From: Smithella sp.
Lineage (GTDB): Bacteria; Desulfobacterota; Syntrophia; Syntrophales; Smithellaceae
Reading direction: 5' to 3'
DNA: 64,000 nucleotides
Assembly: GCA_012510495.1 (NCBI GenBank)
Contig: JAAZHX010000216.1
Coordinates: forward strand, 22-64,021
Part shown: one piece after another, positions 1 through 8,508 of the stretch
Layout of the letters: each line of letters opens with the position of its first letter
How positions within the stretch are numbered: the stretch's first letter is position 1
The notes under the pieces: generated by a model
The model's input: only the letters and a program-made list of their open reading frames with translations
Told to the model about the DNA's origin: nothing
The model's database searches: none
Translations under genes and position numbers: made by a program

Positions 1-158
1 TCCGAAGAGGCCAGACCACCTCACTTATATGGTTTCTGGAAAGCACTACAAACACTGATGCACTTTATTTTTGGCTTGATGAAATGGAAACGATAGCGTC
101 TTTGGCTACATAGAATATGATAAATGCCTTGGAGATTAATCATTTTACATGCAATTGC

Positions 159-226
159 TGCCAACCAGCCGCTCCAGCCGATCGCAGTGCCAAGGGCGCG
201 GCTCCGGCTGGAGCTTTTCGTTTGTG
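159..226 (+). repeat. attC-like recombination site A
   Basis: R'' TGCCAAC (159-165) and R' GTTTGTG (220-226). A 10-bp perfect stem pairs 171-180 (GCTCCAGCCG) with 205-214 (CGGCTGGAGC). 5-nt unpaired spacers sit on both sides. Confidence 0.6.
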
Positions 227-355
227 CCAGGCATGGCACGTAACTAATGAGGTGTAAGTCCACATACCAGGTGTTCGCAGAGCCGAAGGATAGGAGAAGG
301 GCAGGCTCGTCGTCGCGAGGCTTCTCCCTATCCCGATTGGACGGAGAAAACCGAT

Positions 356-865
356 ATGAACATACGTTGTATCTGCAACGACTCTGACATCGCTGCTGTC
401 GCGGCAGTTTTTACTGCGTCGGTACATGAACTTGGAGCGTCACATTACGATGCGACACAAAGGAATGCGTGGGCAGCGCGTTCTGCTGATGTAAAGGCTT
501 GGTCAGCTCGTCTATCTGGCCTGCGGACTCTTCTGGCAATCGAGAGGAATACGATTGTTGGGTTCATCTCTTACGAGCCGAACGGTCACATCGAGTTTCT
601 TTACACCGCTCCGGGTTTCGAGCGTCAAGGCGTCGCATCTGCTCTATACCGCGAGGTTGAAAAAGCACTTCCAGGAGTTTCGCTTTTCACAGAAGCCAGC
701 CTGGTTGCAAAGCCCTTCTTCATGCAGCATGGTTTTGCCGTAGTCGAGGAGCAAGAGGTTTTGCTTGGTGGCGTCATGCTCCGCAGGTATGCAATGCGCA
801 AGGCAGTTGCCGCCCAACAAGGCATGCAACCCGACGGCCCCGCCGCTGGCGGGTCCACGGGTTAA
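356..865 (+). CDS. GNAT family N-acetyltransferase (cassette ORF)
   Basis: 169-aa ORF with the acetyl-CoA binding motif region RQGVASALY and a small GNAT fold length. GGAG sits upstream of the ATG. The stop lies inside attC B. Confidence 0.85.
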   Translation: MNIRCICNDSDIAAVAAVFTASVHELGASHYDATQRNAWAARSADVKAWSARLSGLRTLLAIERNTIVGFISYEPNGHIEFLYTAPGFERQGVASALYREVEKALPGVSLFTEASLVAKPFFMQHGFAVVEEQEVLLGGVMLRRYAMRKAVAAQQGMQPDGPAAGGSTG

Positions 866-879
866 TTTTGACGTTGGGG
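812..879 (+). repeat. attC-like recombination site B
   Basis: R'' GCCCAAC (812-818) is a perfect RYYYAAC. R' is GTTGGGG (873-879). Stems AACCCG (828-833)/CGGGTT (858-863) and GGCCCCGCC/GGCGGGTCC form the hairpin. Confidence 0.7.
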
Positions 880-887
880 TGTGAAAA

Positions 888-1553
888 ATGCTGACGACCG
901 AAGATAACAAGACAGTTATTCATATTCCATCTGCATTGAGAATAGTTGGAATTATCGCAGGTATATGGGGAACACTCGTTGTTCTTCTTGCAACAATAGC
1001 TTATCTCTCAGCTCAGCATCAAGACTTTTCCATATTAACCACCTATTTAAGTGATATTGGGGCTACTGCTGGTTGGCCGCAGATCACCTTTAATGCAGGT
1101 ACCCTTATTGCCGCACCTATAAGATATCTTGCTATTTTACTGCTAATTCTTCGGCTTGGCCAATTAGGGGCAGGCAGTGCTTTTATTGCCGCGACCTTAT
1201 TGATTGCTTTTGTTTCAACTTCAGGCACAGTCATTATGACTGCCGTGCCTTATAATGTATCTGCCACAGTCCACAAGATCGGTATTCCTTTATACTTTTT
1301 TGGTGTTGTGATTCTTCAAACCATGATTGGAATCAAGGAGTGGTCATTAAAAGATATTCCTAGAATTCTTCCTTCTTTGTCCTTTTTGTTGGTAGTTGTA
1401 TATTTTCTCTTTGCCATCTTAATTGGCTGCTATGAACGTGGAATTGTAAGCAGGGATACACCTGTAATTTGGGAATGGTTAGCTTTCTTTTTTTCCATAA
1501 TCTGGATACTCACACAGAGCATCCTTCTTGGAAAAAAGGATGGTGTTAAATGA
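888..1553 (+). CDS. Polytopic membrane protein, DUF998-like (cassette ORF)
   Basis: 221-aa AT-rich ORF with about 6 hydrophobic helices and a YLSDIG motif after the first helix. The ORF fills the interval between attC B and C. Confidence 0.6.
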   Translation: MLTTEDNKTVIHIPSALRIVGIIAGIWGTLVVLLATIAYLSAQHQDFSILTTYLSDIGATAGWPQITFNAGTLIAAPIRYLAILLLILRLGQLGAGSAFIAATLLIAFVSTSGTVIMTAVPYNVSATVHKIGIPLYFFGVVILQTMIGIKEWSLKDIPRILPSLSFLLVVVYFLFAILIGCYERGIVSRDTPVIWEWLAFFFSIIWILTQSILLGKKDGVK

Positions 1554-1556
1554 TTT

Positions 1557-1623
1557 CCACAACAAGTCGCTACACCGGATCGCAGCACCTGCGGCGCTAC
1601 TTCGGCTTAGCTTTTCGTTGTGT
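1557..1623 (+). repeat. attC-like recombination site C
   Basis: R'' CCACAAC (1557-1563) and R' GTTGTGT (1617-1623), a 6/7 reverse complement. The imperfect inverted repeat is GCTACACCG.../...CGGCTTAGC. It shares the GCTTTTCGTT right end with sites A and E. Confidence 0.65.
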
Positions 1624-1634
1624 TACAAGGTCTT

Positions 1635-2399
1635 ATGAATAGAAAATTCCCAATTCTGGAATATGACCCAACCCGTGTTGCTTTTATCGAGCCTTCAAAG
1701 GTCATTACGCCTTTGGATATGCCTGAGTATTGTGTAGTCTGTTTTTTCAGGGAAGTGATCGATAAAGTAGTAATCGAACACAATGCAAAGGTATTGGTAA
1801 CAGACTATTGGGAAGATGGTCCTCATCCCATTTATGAAATTGAATACTGTGATCAGAGATTGGCATTTTTCCATCCAGGTGTTGGCGCGCCACTGGCCAC
1901 GGGCCTGCTCGAAAAAGTCATCGCTTATGGCTGTCGGGAATTTATGGTTTGTGGAGGTTGTGGAGTTCTTGATAAACATATGGCGGTTGGCAGTTTACTG
2001 GTTGTATCCAGCGCAATCCGCGACGAAGGCGTTTCGTATCATTACCTGCCCCCAAGCCGGGAAGTGTTTGCGCACGAAGCGGGGGTGAAAGCCCTTGCAA
2101 ACACCTTGAGTAATATGAACATTCCGCACCATATCGGTAAAACCTGGACGACCGATGCGCCTTTCAGAGAGACACCGGATAGGATAGCCATGAGAAAAGA
2201 GGAAGGCTGTCTTGCTGTAGAAATGGAAAGCGCGGGCATGATGGCAGTTGCGCAATTTCGTGGTGTAAGTTTAGGACAGATATTATATGGTGGGGACGAT
2301 TTGAGCTGTGTGGAATGGGATGAGCGTTCATGGCAATCAAGAACCACCATACGCGAGAAGCTTTTCTGGCTGTGCGCGGATGCAGTTTTGACGATTTGA
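1635..2399 (+). CDS. Nucleoside phosphorylase family protein (PNP/UDP_1 fold, uridine phosphorylase-like)
   Basis: The translation carries the family-typical AVEMESAG motif and a GVGAP segment. An alternative GTG start at 1620 lies inside attC C, so the ATG at 1635 is preferred. Confidence 0.75.
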   Translation: MNRKFPILEYDPTRVAFIEPSKVITPLDMPEYCVVCFFREVIDKVVIEHNAKVLVTDYWEDGPHPIYEIEYCDQRLAFFHPGVGAPLATGLLEKVIAYGCREFMVCGGCGVLDKHMAVGSLLVVSSAIRDEGVSYHYLPPSREVFAHEAGVKALANTLSNMNIPHHIGKTWTTDAPFRETPDRIAMRKEEGCLAVEMESAGMMAVAQFRGVSLGQILYGGDDLSCVEWDERSWQSRTTIREKLFWLCADAVLTI

Positions 2400-2437
2400 A
2401 CAGTGCGAATGAGAAACAATTTTTCCCGGAGGTTTCA

Positions 2438-3280
2438 ATGCTTCAGCAGGAAATGATCGAACGCTTCAGAGATGCTTGTCATGAGGATGCACGAATAATC
2501 GCAGCTTTGATGTTCGGCTCATTTGCTACCGGAGAGGGTGACGCGTTCTCTGATATCGAATTCGCGGTGTTCATTCAAGATGATTCATTTGAGAGCTTCG
2601 AGCAGCACTCGTGGCTTAATGCAGTCAGTCCGGTTGCGGCTTACTTTCCGGACGACTTCGGCCACTATACAGCACTTTTTGAGAACGGCATTCGCGGTGA
2701 ATTCCACTTCATGCGCAAATCGGACATACCGATTATTTCCACATGGCAAGGCTACGGATGGTTTCCCTCGCTCGATGCGGCTGTTTTGCTGGACCGATCC
2801 GGCGAGCTGTCACAATACGCGAGTGCCCTTGTGGGCGGTCCTCCGATACGTGAAGGCGCGCCGCTTGTAGAAGGGATCGTATTGAATCTCATCAGTCTGA
2901 TGCTCTTTGGCGCCAATCTTCTCAATCGGGGAGAGCATGCCCGCGCATGGGCTTTGCTGAGCAAAGCCCATGAAAACCTGCTCAAGCTGGTTCGCCTCCA
3001 CGAAGGGTCGACAGACCACTGGCCGACGCCTTCGCGCGCGCTGGAAAAGGATCTTTCCGCGGTTGCGTATAATCGCTACCTGGCATGCACAGCCGGCGCA
3101 GAATCAAGAGCGCTATACGCGGCCTATCGCGAGTCGTGGCAGTGGAGTCTCGAATTGTTCAAGAGTGTTGCGGTACCTCTGAACATTGAACTTCCGACAA
3201 CGGTGATTAAGCAGGTGCAAAGGTTGCTCAATGATTCCGATGCGCCGTACAACAAGGGCATTCAGCCGACAAGCCGGTGA
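2438..3280 (+). CDS. Pol-beta-fold nucleotidyltransferase, Lnu(F)/LinF-like lincosamide/aminoglycoside NTase family
   Basis: NTase signature MFGSFATGEGDAFSDIEF (G-S...D-x-E). About 280 aa with a helical C-terminal domain. GGAGG lies 5 nt upstream of the ATG at 2438. The stop is inside attC D. Family-level call only. Confidence 0.7.
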   Translation: MLQQEMIERFRDACHEDARIIAALMFGSFATGEGDAFSDIEFAVFIQDDSFESFEQHSWLNAVSPVAAYFPDDFGHYTALFENGIRGEFHFMRKSDIPIISTWQGYGWFPSLDAAVLLDRSGELSQYASALVGGPPIREGAPLVEGIVLNLISLMLFGANLLNRGEHARAWALLSKAHENLLKLVRLHEGSTDHWPTPSRALEKDLSAVAYNRYLACTAGAESRALYAAYRESWQWSLELFKSVAVPLNIELPTTVIKQVQRLLNDSDAPYNKGIQPTSR

Positions 3281-3295
3281 TGCCGGGCGTTATCT
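3247..3295 (+). repeat. attC-like recombination site D (short type)
   Basis: R'' GTACAAC (3247-3253) and R' GTTATCT (3289-3295). The stem CAT-T-CA-G-CCG / CGG-TG-ATG has two extrahelical bases (T, G), a hallmark of folded attC. Confidence 0.65.
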
Positions 3296-3316
3296 TTGTA
3301 TTTGGAATATTAGTCT

Positions 3317-4153
3317 ATGTGTTCAACAAAAGATGTCATTGAAAGTTATAAAACTTTCTTAGAGGTTAAATATCCTAGTCATTTTCAAAGCTATTGTCGG
3401 CGCATGAAAGCTAAAATTGAAAGTGTAAAGGCAGAAGCTATAACATTCTCAATTCTAAGATCAATTTTTAAGGATGTACAGGTGGCGGAAGATATTAGTA
3501 CAGGGGGTACTGACTTCCTTTGTAAGTCAAATGGCAATCAATTCATATTTGAAGTTACCTGCCTTGAGGCAGAATCAGTAGCTGCGCAATCGGGATGGAG
3601 AAATGAAGTATCAGAGAACGTATCCGCTGGCTTTTTTCGAATGATAACTCATATGCTGCGCACTAAAGTATCTAGCAAAACGATGCAATTGTCTGGATAC
3701 AGCGTTCCAAGAACTCTCGTAATAACGTGTGAGCATGTTGCGGCAGATGTTCTTTTGGGCACACATGGTGCAGAATTATTACTGACAAGTGATACAATGA
3801 TTGAGGTTCCAATTGGTAAACCAATTGATACTGTCGATATTGTCACTGATTTGAAAGATTCAGTTTTTTTCAGACTCAAAAACGGCGCATTGGAATCGTG
3901 CAGAAGAAGCATTTCGGCAATCCTTTTATTTAGTGTACTTGCTAAGACAACACTAGCTGTGGGAATTCTACATCCTGATCCTGAGTATAAATTTCCAATT
4001 AGCCTTCTGCCCTCCGTCCCATTTATGAGAATGAAGGAATGGCCTCCAATAAATAACAGGATTGAAACCGAGTGGGTCATTGACAAACCAAAAGCGGAAG
4101 AATTTTATCATCGTGAGGTGGAGTTGACAGATAAGGAATTAAGAAGCAGATAA
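3317..4153 (+). CDS. Hypothetical protein (orphan cassette ORF)
   Basis: 278-aa AT-rich ORF that exactly fills the cassette between attC D and E. The stop TAA overlaps R'' of attC E. I recognise no family. Confidence 0.6.
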   Translation: MCSTKDVIESYKTFLEVKYPSHFQSYCRRMKAKIESVKAEAITFSILRSIFKDVQVAEDISTGGTDFLCKSNGNQFIFEVTCLEAESVAAQSGWRNEVSENVSAGFFRMITHMLRTKVSSKTMQLSGYSVPRTLVITCEHVAADVLLGTHGAELLLTSDTMIEVPIGKPIDTVDIVTDLKDSVFFRLKNGALESCRRSISAILLFSVLAKTTLAVGILHPDPEYKFPISLLPSVPFMRMKEWPPINNRIETEWVIDKPKAEEFYHREVELTDKELRSR

Positions 4154-4203
4154 CAAAAGCAATGCACCCGATCGCTACGCTCCGGGTGATTTTTTCGTTC
4201 TGC
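4148..4203 (+). repeat. attC-like recombination site E (last of array)
   Basis: R'' AGATAAC (4148-4154) is the exact reverse complement of R' GTTATCT of site D, as expected for one circularisable cassette. R' is GTTCTGC (4197-4203). Left arm AACAAAAGCAATGCACCCG pairs with right arm CGGGTGATTTTTTCGTT, with bulges. Confidence 0.7.
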
Positions 4204-4407
4204 GTAAATAAGTTAATGTCCGGTGGTTCAGAAAAATGCATAGTTGGCAATCAACCGAAAATCAGCAATGAATGCCTTTTCCCCTTTAGTGCCGTCTGTA
4301 CGCGACAAAAGACCCTCGACGGAAATGCAGGACTTTAATCCATCATGCACACGGAACCCTTTCGGCGCTCGACACCGACACCACGCCTTGAAAGCTGTAA
4401 GGATTGC

Positions 4408-4436
4408 TTGACAGCCAAAAACGTGTTTCGTATAGC
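4408..4436 (+). promoter_or_regulatory. Sigma-70-like promoter
   Basis: TTGACA, 17-nt spacer, TATAGC, upstream of the 4513 gene. Confidence 0.4.
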
Positions 4437-4512
4437 TTAATCAGAAACAGACAACGTCTTGTCCAAAAGGCGGGCCGTTCTCTCGAATCAAATCGCATCA
4501 GGGGGTTATCCT

Positions 4513-5817
4513 ATGAACTTTTTTAAAAAGAACCGCAGGTCTCTCATGCTGATTTCCGCTCTGATTGTCGTTGTGCTGGTCATCGTGATCCTGAAGCCAT
4601 CGGACCATGGCGCGCCTCATGACGCTTACTTCGCTGCGCTGAATGATGAACTGAAGAAGAACGGCTCCGGCCGGCCGGTCATCCTCGTGGATATGGACCG
4701 GCTTGATAAAAACCTCACGCTTCTCAAGGAGAGCATCCAGCCGCCCATTGCTTACAGGCTCGTGGTAAAATCGCTCCCCTCAACGCACATGGTGAAATAC
4801 ATCATGCAGAAAACGGGCACAAAGAAGCTCATGGTCTTCCATCAGCCGGACCTCAATCTCCTGGCCGCCCAGGCATTTCACGACGTCGATATCTTACTGG
4901 GGAAACCGATGCCGATCAACGCTGTCCGTGAATTTTACGCGACCGTTCCGCGCGAAACGGGCTTCGATCCCGGTCGTCAGGTGCAGTGGCTGATCGACAC
5001 TCCGCAACGCATGAAACAGTATCTCGCCTTCGCCGCCGAAAAAAATATCACTCTGCGCTGTAACATCGAGATCGACGTGGGCCTTCACCGGGGCGGTGCG
5101 ACAAACATGGATGATCTGGACGAAATGCTGAAGATCGTTTCCGACAGCGGCGACCGGCTGAAATTCAGCGGCTACATGGGATATGAGCCCCATGTCGCCT
5201 CCGCCCTGCCCCTCCTGAAGAAGAAGGAGGCGGCGGTACGGGATGCCTACGCCGAAATGATGGCGCGCTACCGGGAGTTTTACGATTTCGGGAAGAAGCA
5301 TTATCCCGGTTTTTTCTCGAATGAACTGACCTTCAACAGCGGAGGGAGCCACACTTACCGACTCTTCAAGGGGGAGGGGCCCGTCAACGACGTCGCCGTA
5401 GGGTCGGGACTGGTAAAGCCGTCCGATTTCGACACGCTTCTGCTCACCGACCACCTGCCGGCCCTGATGGTGGCGGCGCCGGTGCTGAAGCGCCTTGATG
5501 GGACCACCGTGCCCTTCCTGGAAAAATTAAGCTGGATTTTCCCCCTGTGGAATCCCAACCAACAGGTAACCTATTTCATTTACGGCGGGGGATGGCGCGC
5601 GAATTTCCATTCACCGAAGGGCCTGGAAGGTAATGCCTTTTTCGGCCTGAGCACGAATCAATCCGTTGCCAACGGTTCGCGGAAAACCGCCCTGGCCGTA
5701 GATGATTACATCTTCCTGCGACCTACCCAGAGCGAGGCCATCCTGCGCGAGTTCGGCGATATTGTGCTGGTTCGCGGAGGAAAGATTGTCGACCGCTGGT
5801 CTTCATTCCCGCAGTAG
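4513..5817 (+). CDS. Membrane-anchored PLP-dependent alanine-racemase-fold protein (DSD1 / Ala_racemase_N-like)
   Basis: N-terminal TM helix (LMLISALIVVVLVIVIL), then a TIM-barrel-like region with a candidate PLP lysine in VVKSLPS. AGGGGG lies before the ATG at 4513. The ORF track starts at a TTG at 4459. Confidence 0.55.
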   Translation: MNFFKKNRRSLMLISALIVVVLVIVILKPSDHGAPHDAYFAALNDELKKNGSGRPVILVDMDRLDKNLTLLKESIQPPIAYRLVVKSLPSTHMVKYIMQKTGTKKLMVFHQPDLNLLAAQAFHDVDILLGKPMPINAVREFYATVPRETGFDPGRQVQWLIDTPQRMKQYLAFAAEKNITLRCNIEIDVGLHRGGATNMDDLDEMLKIVSDSGDRLKFSGYMGYEPHVASALPLLKKKEAAVRDAYAEMMARYREFYDFGKKHYPGFFSNELTFNSGGSHTYRLFKGEGPVNDVAVGSGLVKPSDFDTLLLTDHLPALMVAAPVLKRLDGTTVPFLEKLSWIFPLWNPNQQVTYFIYGGGWRANFHSPKGLEGNAFFGLSTNQSVANGSRKTALAVDDYIFLRPTQSEAILREFGDIVLVRGGKIVDRWSSFPQ

Positions 5818-5949
5818 CCATACCGCTTTCCGGCTATCGGCGCCACCGGCGGCATCTCTGCCGTCCGTGTTTTATCAGAAGCAGAGATGCTCAAGCGAAT
5901 GCGATTCCCCAAAAGCTGGGCGCGCCTGATTTTCGGTGGAAAATACCCC

Positions 5950-5978
5950 TTGACTTGAGAAGCCTGCGCTTCTATATT
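5950..5978 (+). promoter_or_regulatory. Sigma-70-like promoter
   Basis: TTGACT, 17-nt spacer, TATATT, about 50 nt upstream of the 6025 ATG. Confidence 0.45.
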
Positions 5979-6024
5979 CAGAGCCGTCAAAAGCAATTTC
6001 TTATCAATGAATAAGGGGTGAAAG

Positions 6025-7758
6025 ATGTTGTTGCGGACGATACACGGAAAGACATGTGTGGTTGTTTGTTTGACCTTTTTGATTGTCGCGTTGGCGGGTT
6101 TCCACCCCTCCCCCGCTTGCGGTGCCGCCTCTGTGAAGACGGACCGGGCGGTTTACCACCCCGGTGAATCGATCCGGGTTCTTTTCTCCGGTGCGCCCGG
6201 TGATGGCGCGGACTGGATCTGCCTCGTGCCGGCTTCCTCTCACGATACGGATGCCGGAGACTACAAGTATATGTCCCAGGGGCTGAGTCAGGGGGCCCTT
6301 TCTTTTGATGCGCCGCAACCGGGGAAGTACGAAGTGAGGGCCTATTACCATTATCAGCGCCAGGGGTACGTGGTGTCCGCCCGGTATGCCTTTTCGGTGG
6401 TCGATCAGGACCAGACCGGAAGTCCCGATATGCCTCCTGAAGAAGACGCCCCCCTAATCGCCGCTGCCCTCCCACCGGAGTCCGATGCGGAGCTGGTCGC
6501 TGCACCTCCGCAGTCGGATCAGCCGGACTTGACCGCCACTGCCCCGGAGACGCAGAGCGAACCGGAGATCGTTCGTCAGGACGTTCCGCCCAGCGGATAC
6601 ACCCTGGAGTACGAGCCGGTCATTTCCCACATGAGGGAGGGTTCGTTTGAGGCCGCCCTGTTCGTTACGGACAATATTTATCAGCGATCCATCGGGGAGG
6701 GAGGGGCCAAGCAGGACAAACATTTGAAGCTTTTGGAGAGAGGCAAGATTGCACTGGCTGCCCGTAAATACGAACAATGCATTAGCGACCTGCAGCAGGC
6801 CGAGAGCCGGTTCCTCACCATTGAAGGGACCTTCAGCATTACGGAGGGACTGGGTTCGCTGGCTACGGACGATACCGTTCAGGAATACGAACCGGAAATG
6901 CACGAAAAATTGATGATCCCGCCCTATCTCGTCCTCGCCTATTTGGGGAAGGGAGATCTGGAAGGGGCGCGGGTGGAAAGGAACAAGACCATCAACAGGA
7001 TCCACCAGTATATAGAGGAAAATCCGGAACGGGCCTATCTTGAAAATCCCTTCGCCAGGTTCTTGAGCGCAGTCGTTTATGAGATGGAGGGGAACACTGA
7101 CGATGCGAAGATAGAGTATCGCAAGATGGAGTTAGATGATGAAGTCGCCCGTCTCGAAAGGCGTCAGGGAAGTACGACGGATTTGATTGTTTTTGTCGAT
7201 GTGGGGATGGCCCCGCGGAAATATGAAGTGAAATATGGCCCCGCTACTGTCATTGCAGCAGGCGGATCCGTAACTTTGGGATTCGCCTATGCCGGGTACA
7301 ATGCTGTGGAGTCGGCGATAGCGGATTGCACGATCAAGATCAACGGTGAGTCTATCGGAAACACAACGCGGCTGTATGATGTCGAGAAGACGATTTTCAG
7401 CCAGTACGAGAGAAACAAGCCCGCCATGATGGGAAAGCTGATTGCCCGGATGACCGGAAAGGCGGCTGCCCAGGTAGGGGCGCAAATGGCCGCCGAGGAA
7501 CTGTTGAAGGACGTTCCATTCGCGGGGCTATTTGCGAAAGTGGCGATCGGTGTGGTAAGCTCACAGTGGATTGCCGCGGAAAAGGCGGATTTGCGAAGCT
7601 GGATATCGCTTCCCCGGCAGATCCAGTACATCAGGGTTAATGAACTCATGCCGGGCGAGTATACCATCGGAATCGAATATAACGGTGGCTCCCAAGTTCA
7701 GAACGTGATCCTGGAAGAGGGGCGAATCCGCGTCGCATATTTTTCTGTGACACGGTAA
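6025..7758 (+). CDS. Secreted/lipoprotein-like protein with a COG3014-type C-terminal domain
   Basis: Signal-like N-terminus, a beta-rich module, a Pro/Glu/Asp-rich linker, then a TPR-like region. It sits directly upstream of an LpoB-like gene, a pairing I recall as common. Confidence 0.65.
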   Translation: MLLRTIHGKTCVVVCLTFLIVALAGFHPSPACGAASVKTDRAVYHPGESIRVLFSGAPGDGADWICLVPASSHDTDAGDYKYMSQGLSQGALSFDAPQPGKYEVRAYYHYQRQGYVVSARYAFSVVDQDQTGSPDMPPEEDAPLIAAALPPESDAELVAAPPQSDQPDLTATAPETQSEPEIVRQDVPPSGYTLEYEPVISHMREGSFEAALFVTDNIYQRSIGEGGAKQDKHLKLLERGKIALAARKYEQCISDLQQAESRFLTIEGTFSITEGLGSLATDDTVQEYEPEMHEKLMIPPYLVLAYLGKGDLEGARVERNKTINRIHQYIEENPERAYLENPFARFLSAVVYEMEGNTDDAKIEYRKMELDDEVARLERRQGSTTDLIVFVDVGMAPRKYEVKYGPATVIAAGGSVTLGFAYAGYNAVESAIADCTIKINGESIGNTTRLYDVEKTIFSQYERNKPAMMGKLIARMTGKAAAQVGAQMAAEELLKDVPFAGLFAKVAIGVVSSQWIAAEKADLRSWISLPRQIQYIRVNELMPGEYTIGIEYNGGSQVQNVILEEGRIRVAYFSVTR

Positions 7759-7855
7759 CGAGGCCCCGTTCAAATCTAATGCGATCGCTTCGATTCGGGT
7801 GTCTGTTTCCCTGGTCACCATGACGCTGATCGCTCTTATTGTGGGAGGTTTTATC

Positions 7856-8464
7856 ATGAAAGTGAGCGTGTTAAAAAAAGTAATCTATCCTGTTATGCTC
7901 TTTTTAATCCTGGTCTGCTGCGGCTGCGGTCCTTCGATCCAACATTCCATTACCGATGAGGAAACGGTTACCGGCTCAGACTGGTCCGCTAAAGACCTAA
8001 AAGATGTGAGCGATTATATGGCTGATTCGATCAAGAAAAGCGCCTATAGGAACCGTCCGCAATATACAGTTGAGAAACCGCGATGGATACTGGCGAGACA
8101 ACTCAAAAATGAAACAGACGAGCACGTCAATACACGCACGATCATGGAGAGAATCAGGACGAGATTGATCAACGAAGGGACGGCAAATTTCATCGACGAT
8201 CAGGCCACAGAAGATATCCTGAACCAAATGAAACTACAACAGTCCGGATTGTTTGACCATAAGACGGTTGTGCAGGTGGGAAAATTGGTGGGAGCCCAAC
8301 TCATTTTGAGAGGCATGATATCCAGCATCCGTAAGCGAAGCGATCGGAAGGACGTTATTTATTACAATATTACCCTGCAGCTGGTTGATATCAAAACAGG
8401 TGAAATCGTTTGGACGGATGAAAAGGAAGTTCAGAGACTGACAAGAAAATCGTTCTTCCGGTAA
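7856..8464 (+). CDS. LpoB-like lipoprotein (penicillin-binding protein activator family, COG3417)
   Basis: Lipobox LILVCCGCG. The C-terminal pattern GAQLILRGMISSI...YYNITLQLVDIKTGEIVW is typical of this family. GGGAGG lies before the ATG at 7856. Confidence 0.7.
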   Translation: MKVSVLKKVIYPVMLFLILVCCGCGPSIQHSITDEETVTGSDWSAKDLKDVSDYMADSIKKSAYRNRPQYTVEKPRWILARQLKNETDEHVNTRTIMERIRTRLINEGTANFIDDQATEDILNQMKLQQSGLFDHKTVVQVGKLVGAQLILRGMISSIRKRSDRKDVIYYNITLQLVDIKTGEIVWTDEKEVQRLTRKSFFR

Positions 8465-8508
8465 TTGAGGCTGCTTGATCGGCTGGTGGCCGTGTTAAAG
8501 GATGATGA

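Larger units (their letters stand above)
1..4203 (+). mobile_element. Integron gene-cassette array, distal part; intI/attI not in window
   Basis: Five sites share attC architecture (7-mer ending AAC, short unpaired spacer, imperfect inverted repeat, 7-mer starting GTT). They separate co-oriented ORFs whose stop codons fall in or next to the sites. Cassette DNA is visibly AT-richer than the flank after 4203. Confidence 0.7.

Noticed and set aside
1-96. An open frame ending ...FGLMKWKR-stop at 94-96, possibly the 3' end of another cassette ORF.
   Set aside because: It is too short and truncated by the window edge to support a call.
2399-2438. A possible mini attC (TTTGAAC ... GTTTCAA) between the phosphorylase and NTase genes.
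   Set aside because: It is only about 36 nt long with almost no internal complementarity, far below known attC sizes. The two genes were treated as one cassette.
5987-6505. A 172-aa Arg/Pro-rich minus-strand ORF.
   Set aside because: It is a shadow frame of the 6025-7758 gene with low-complexity composition.
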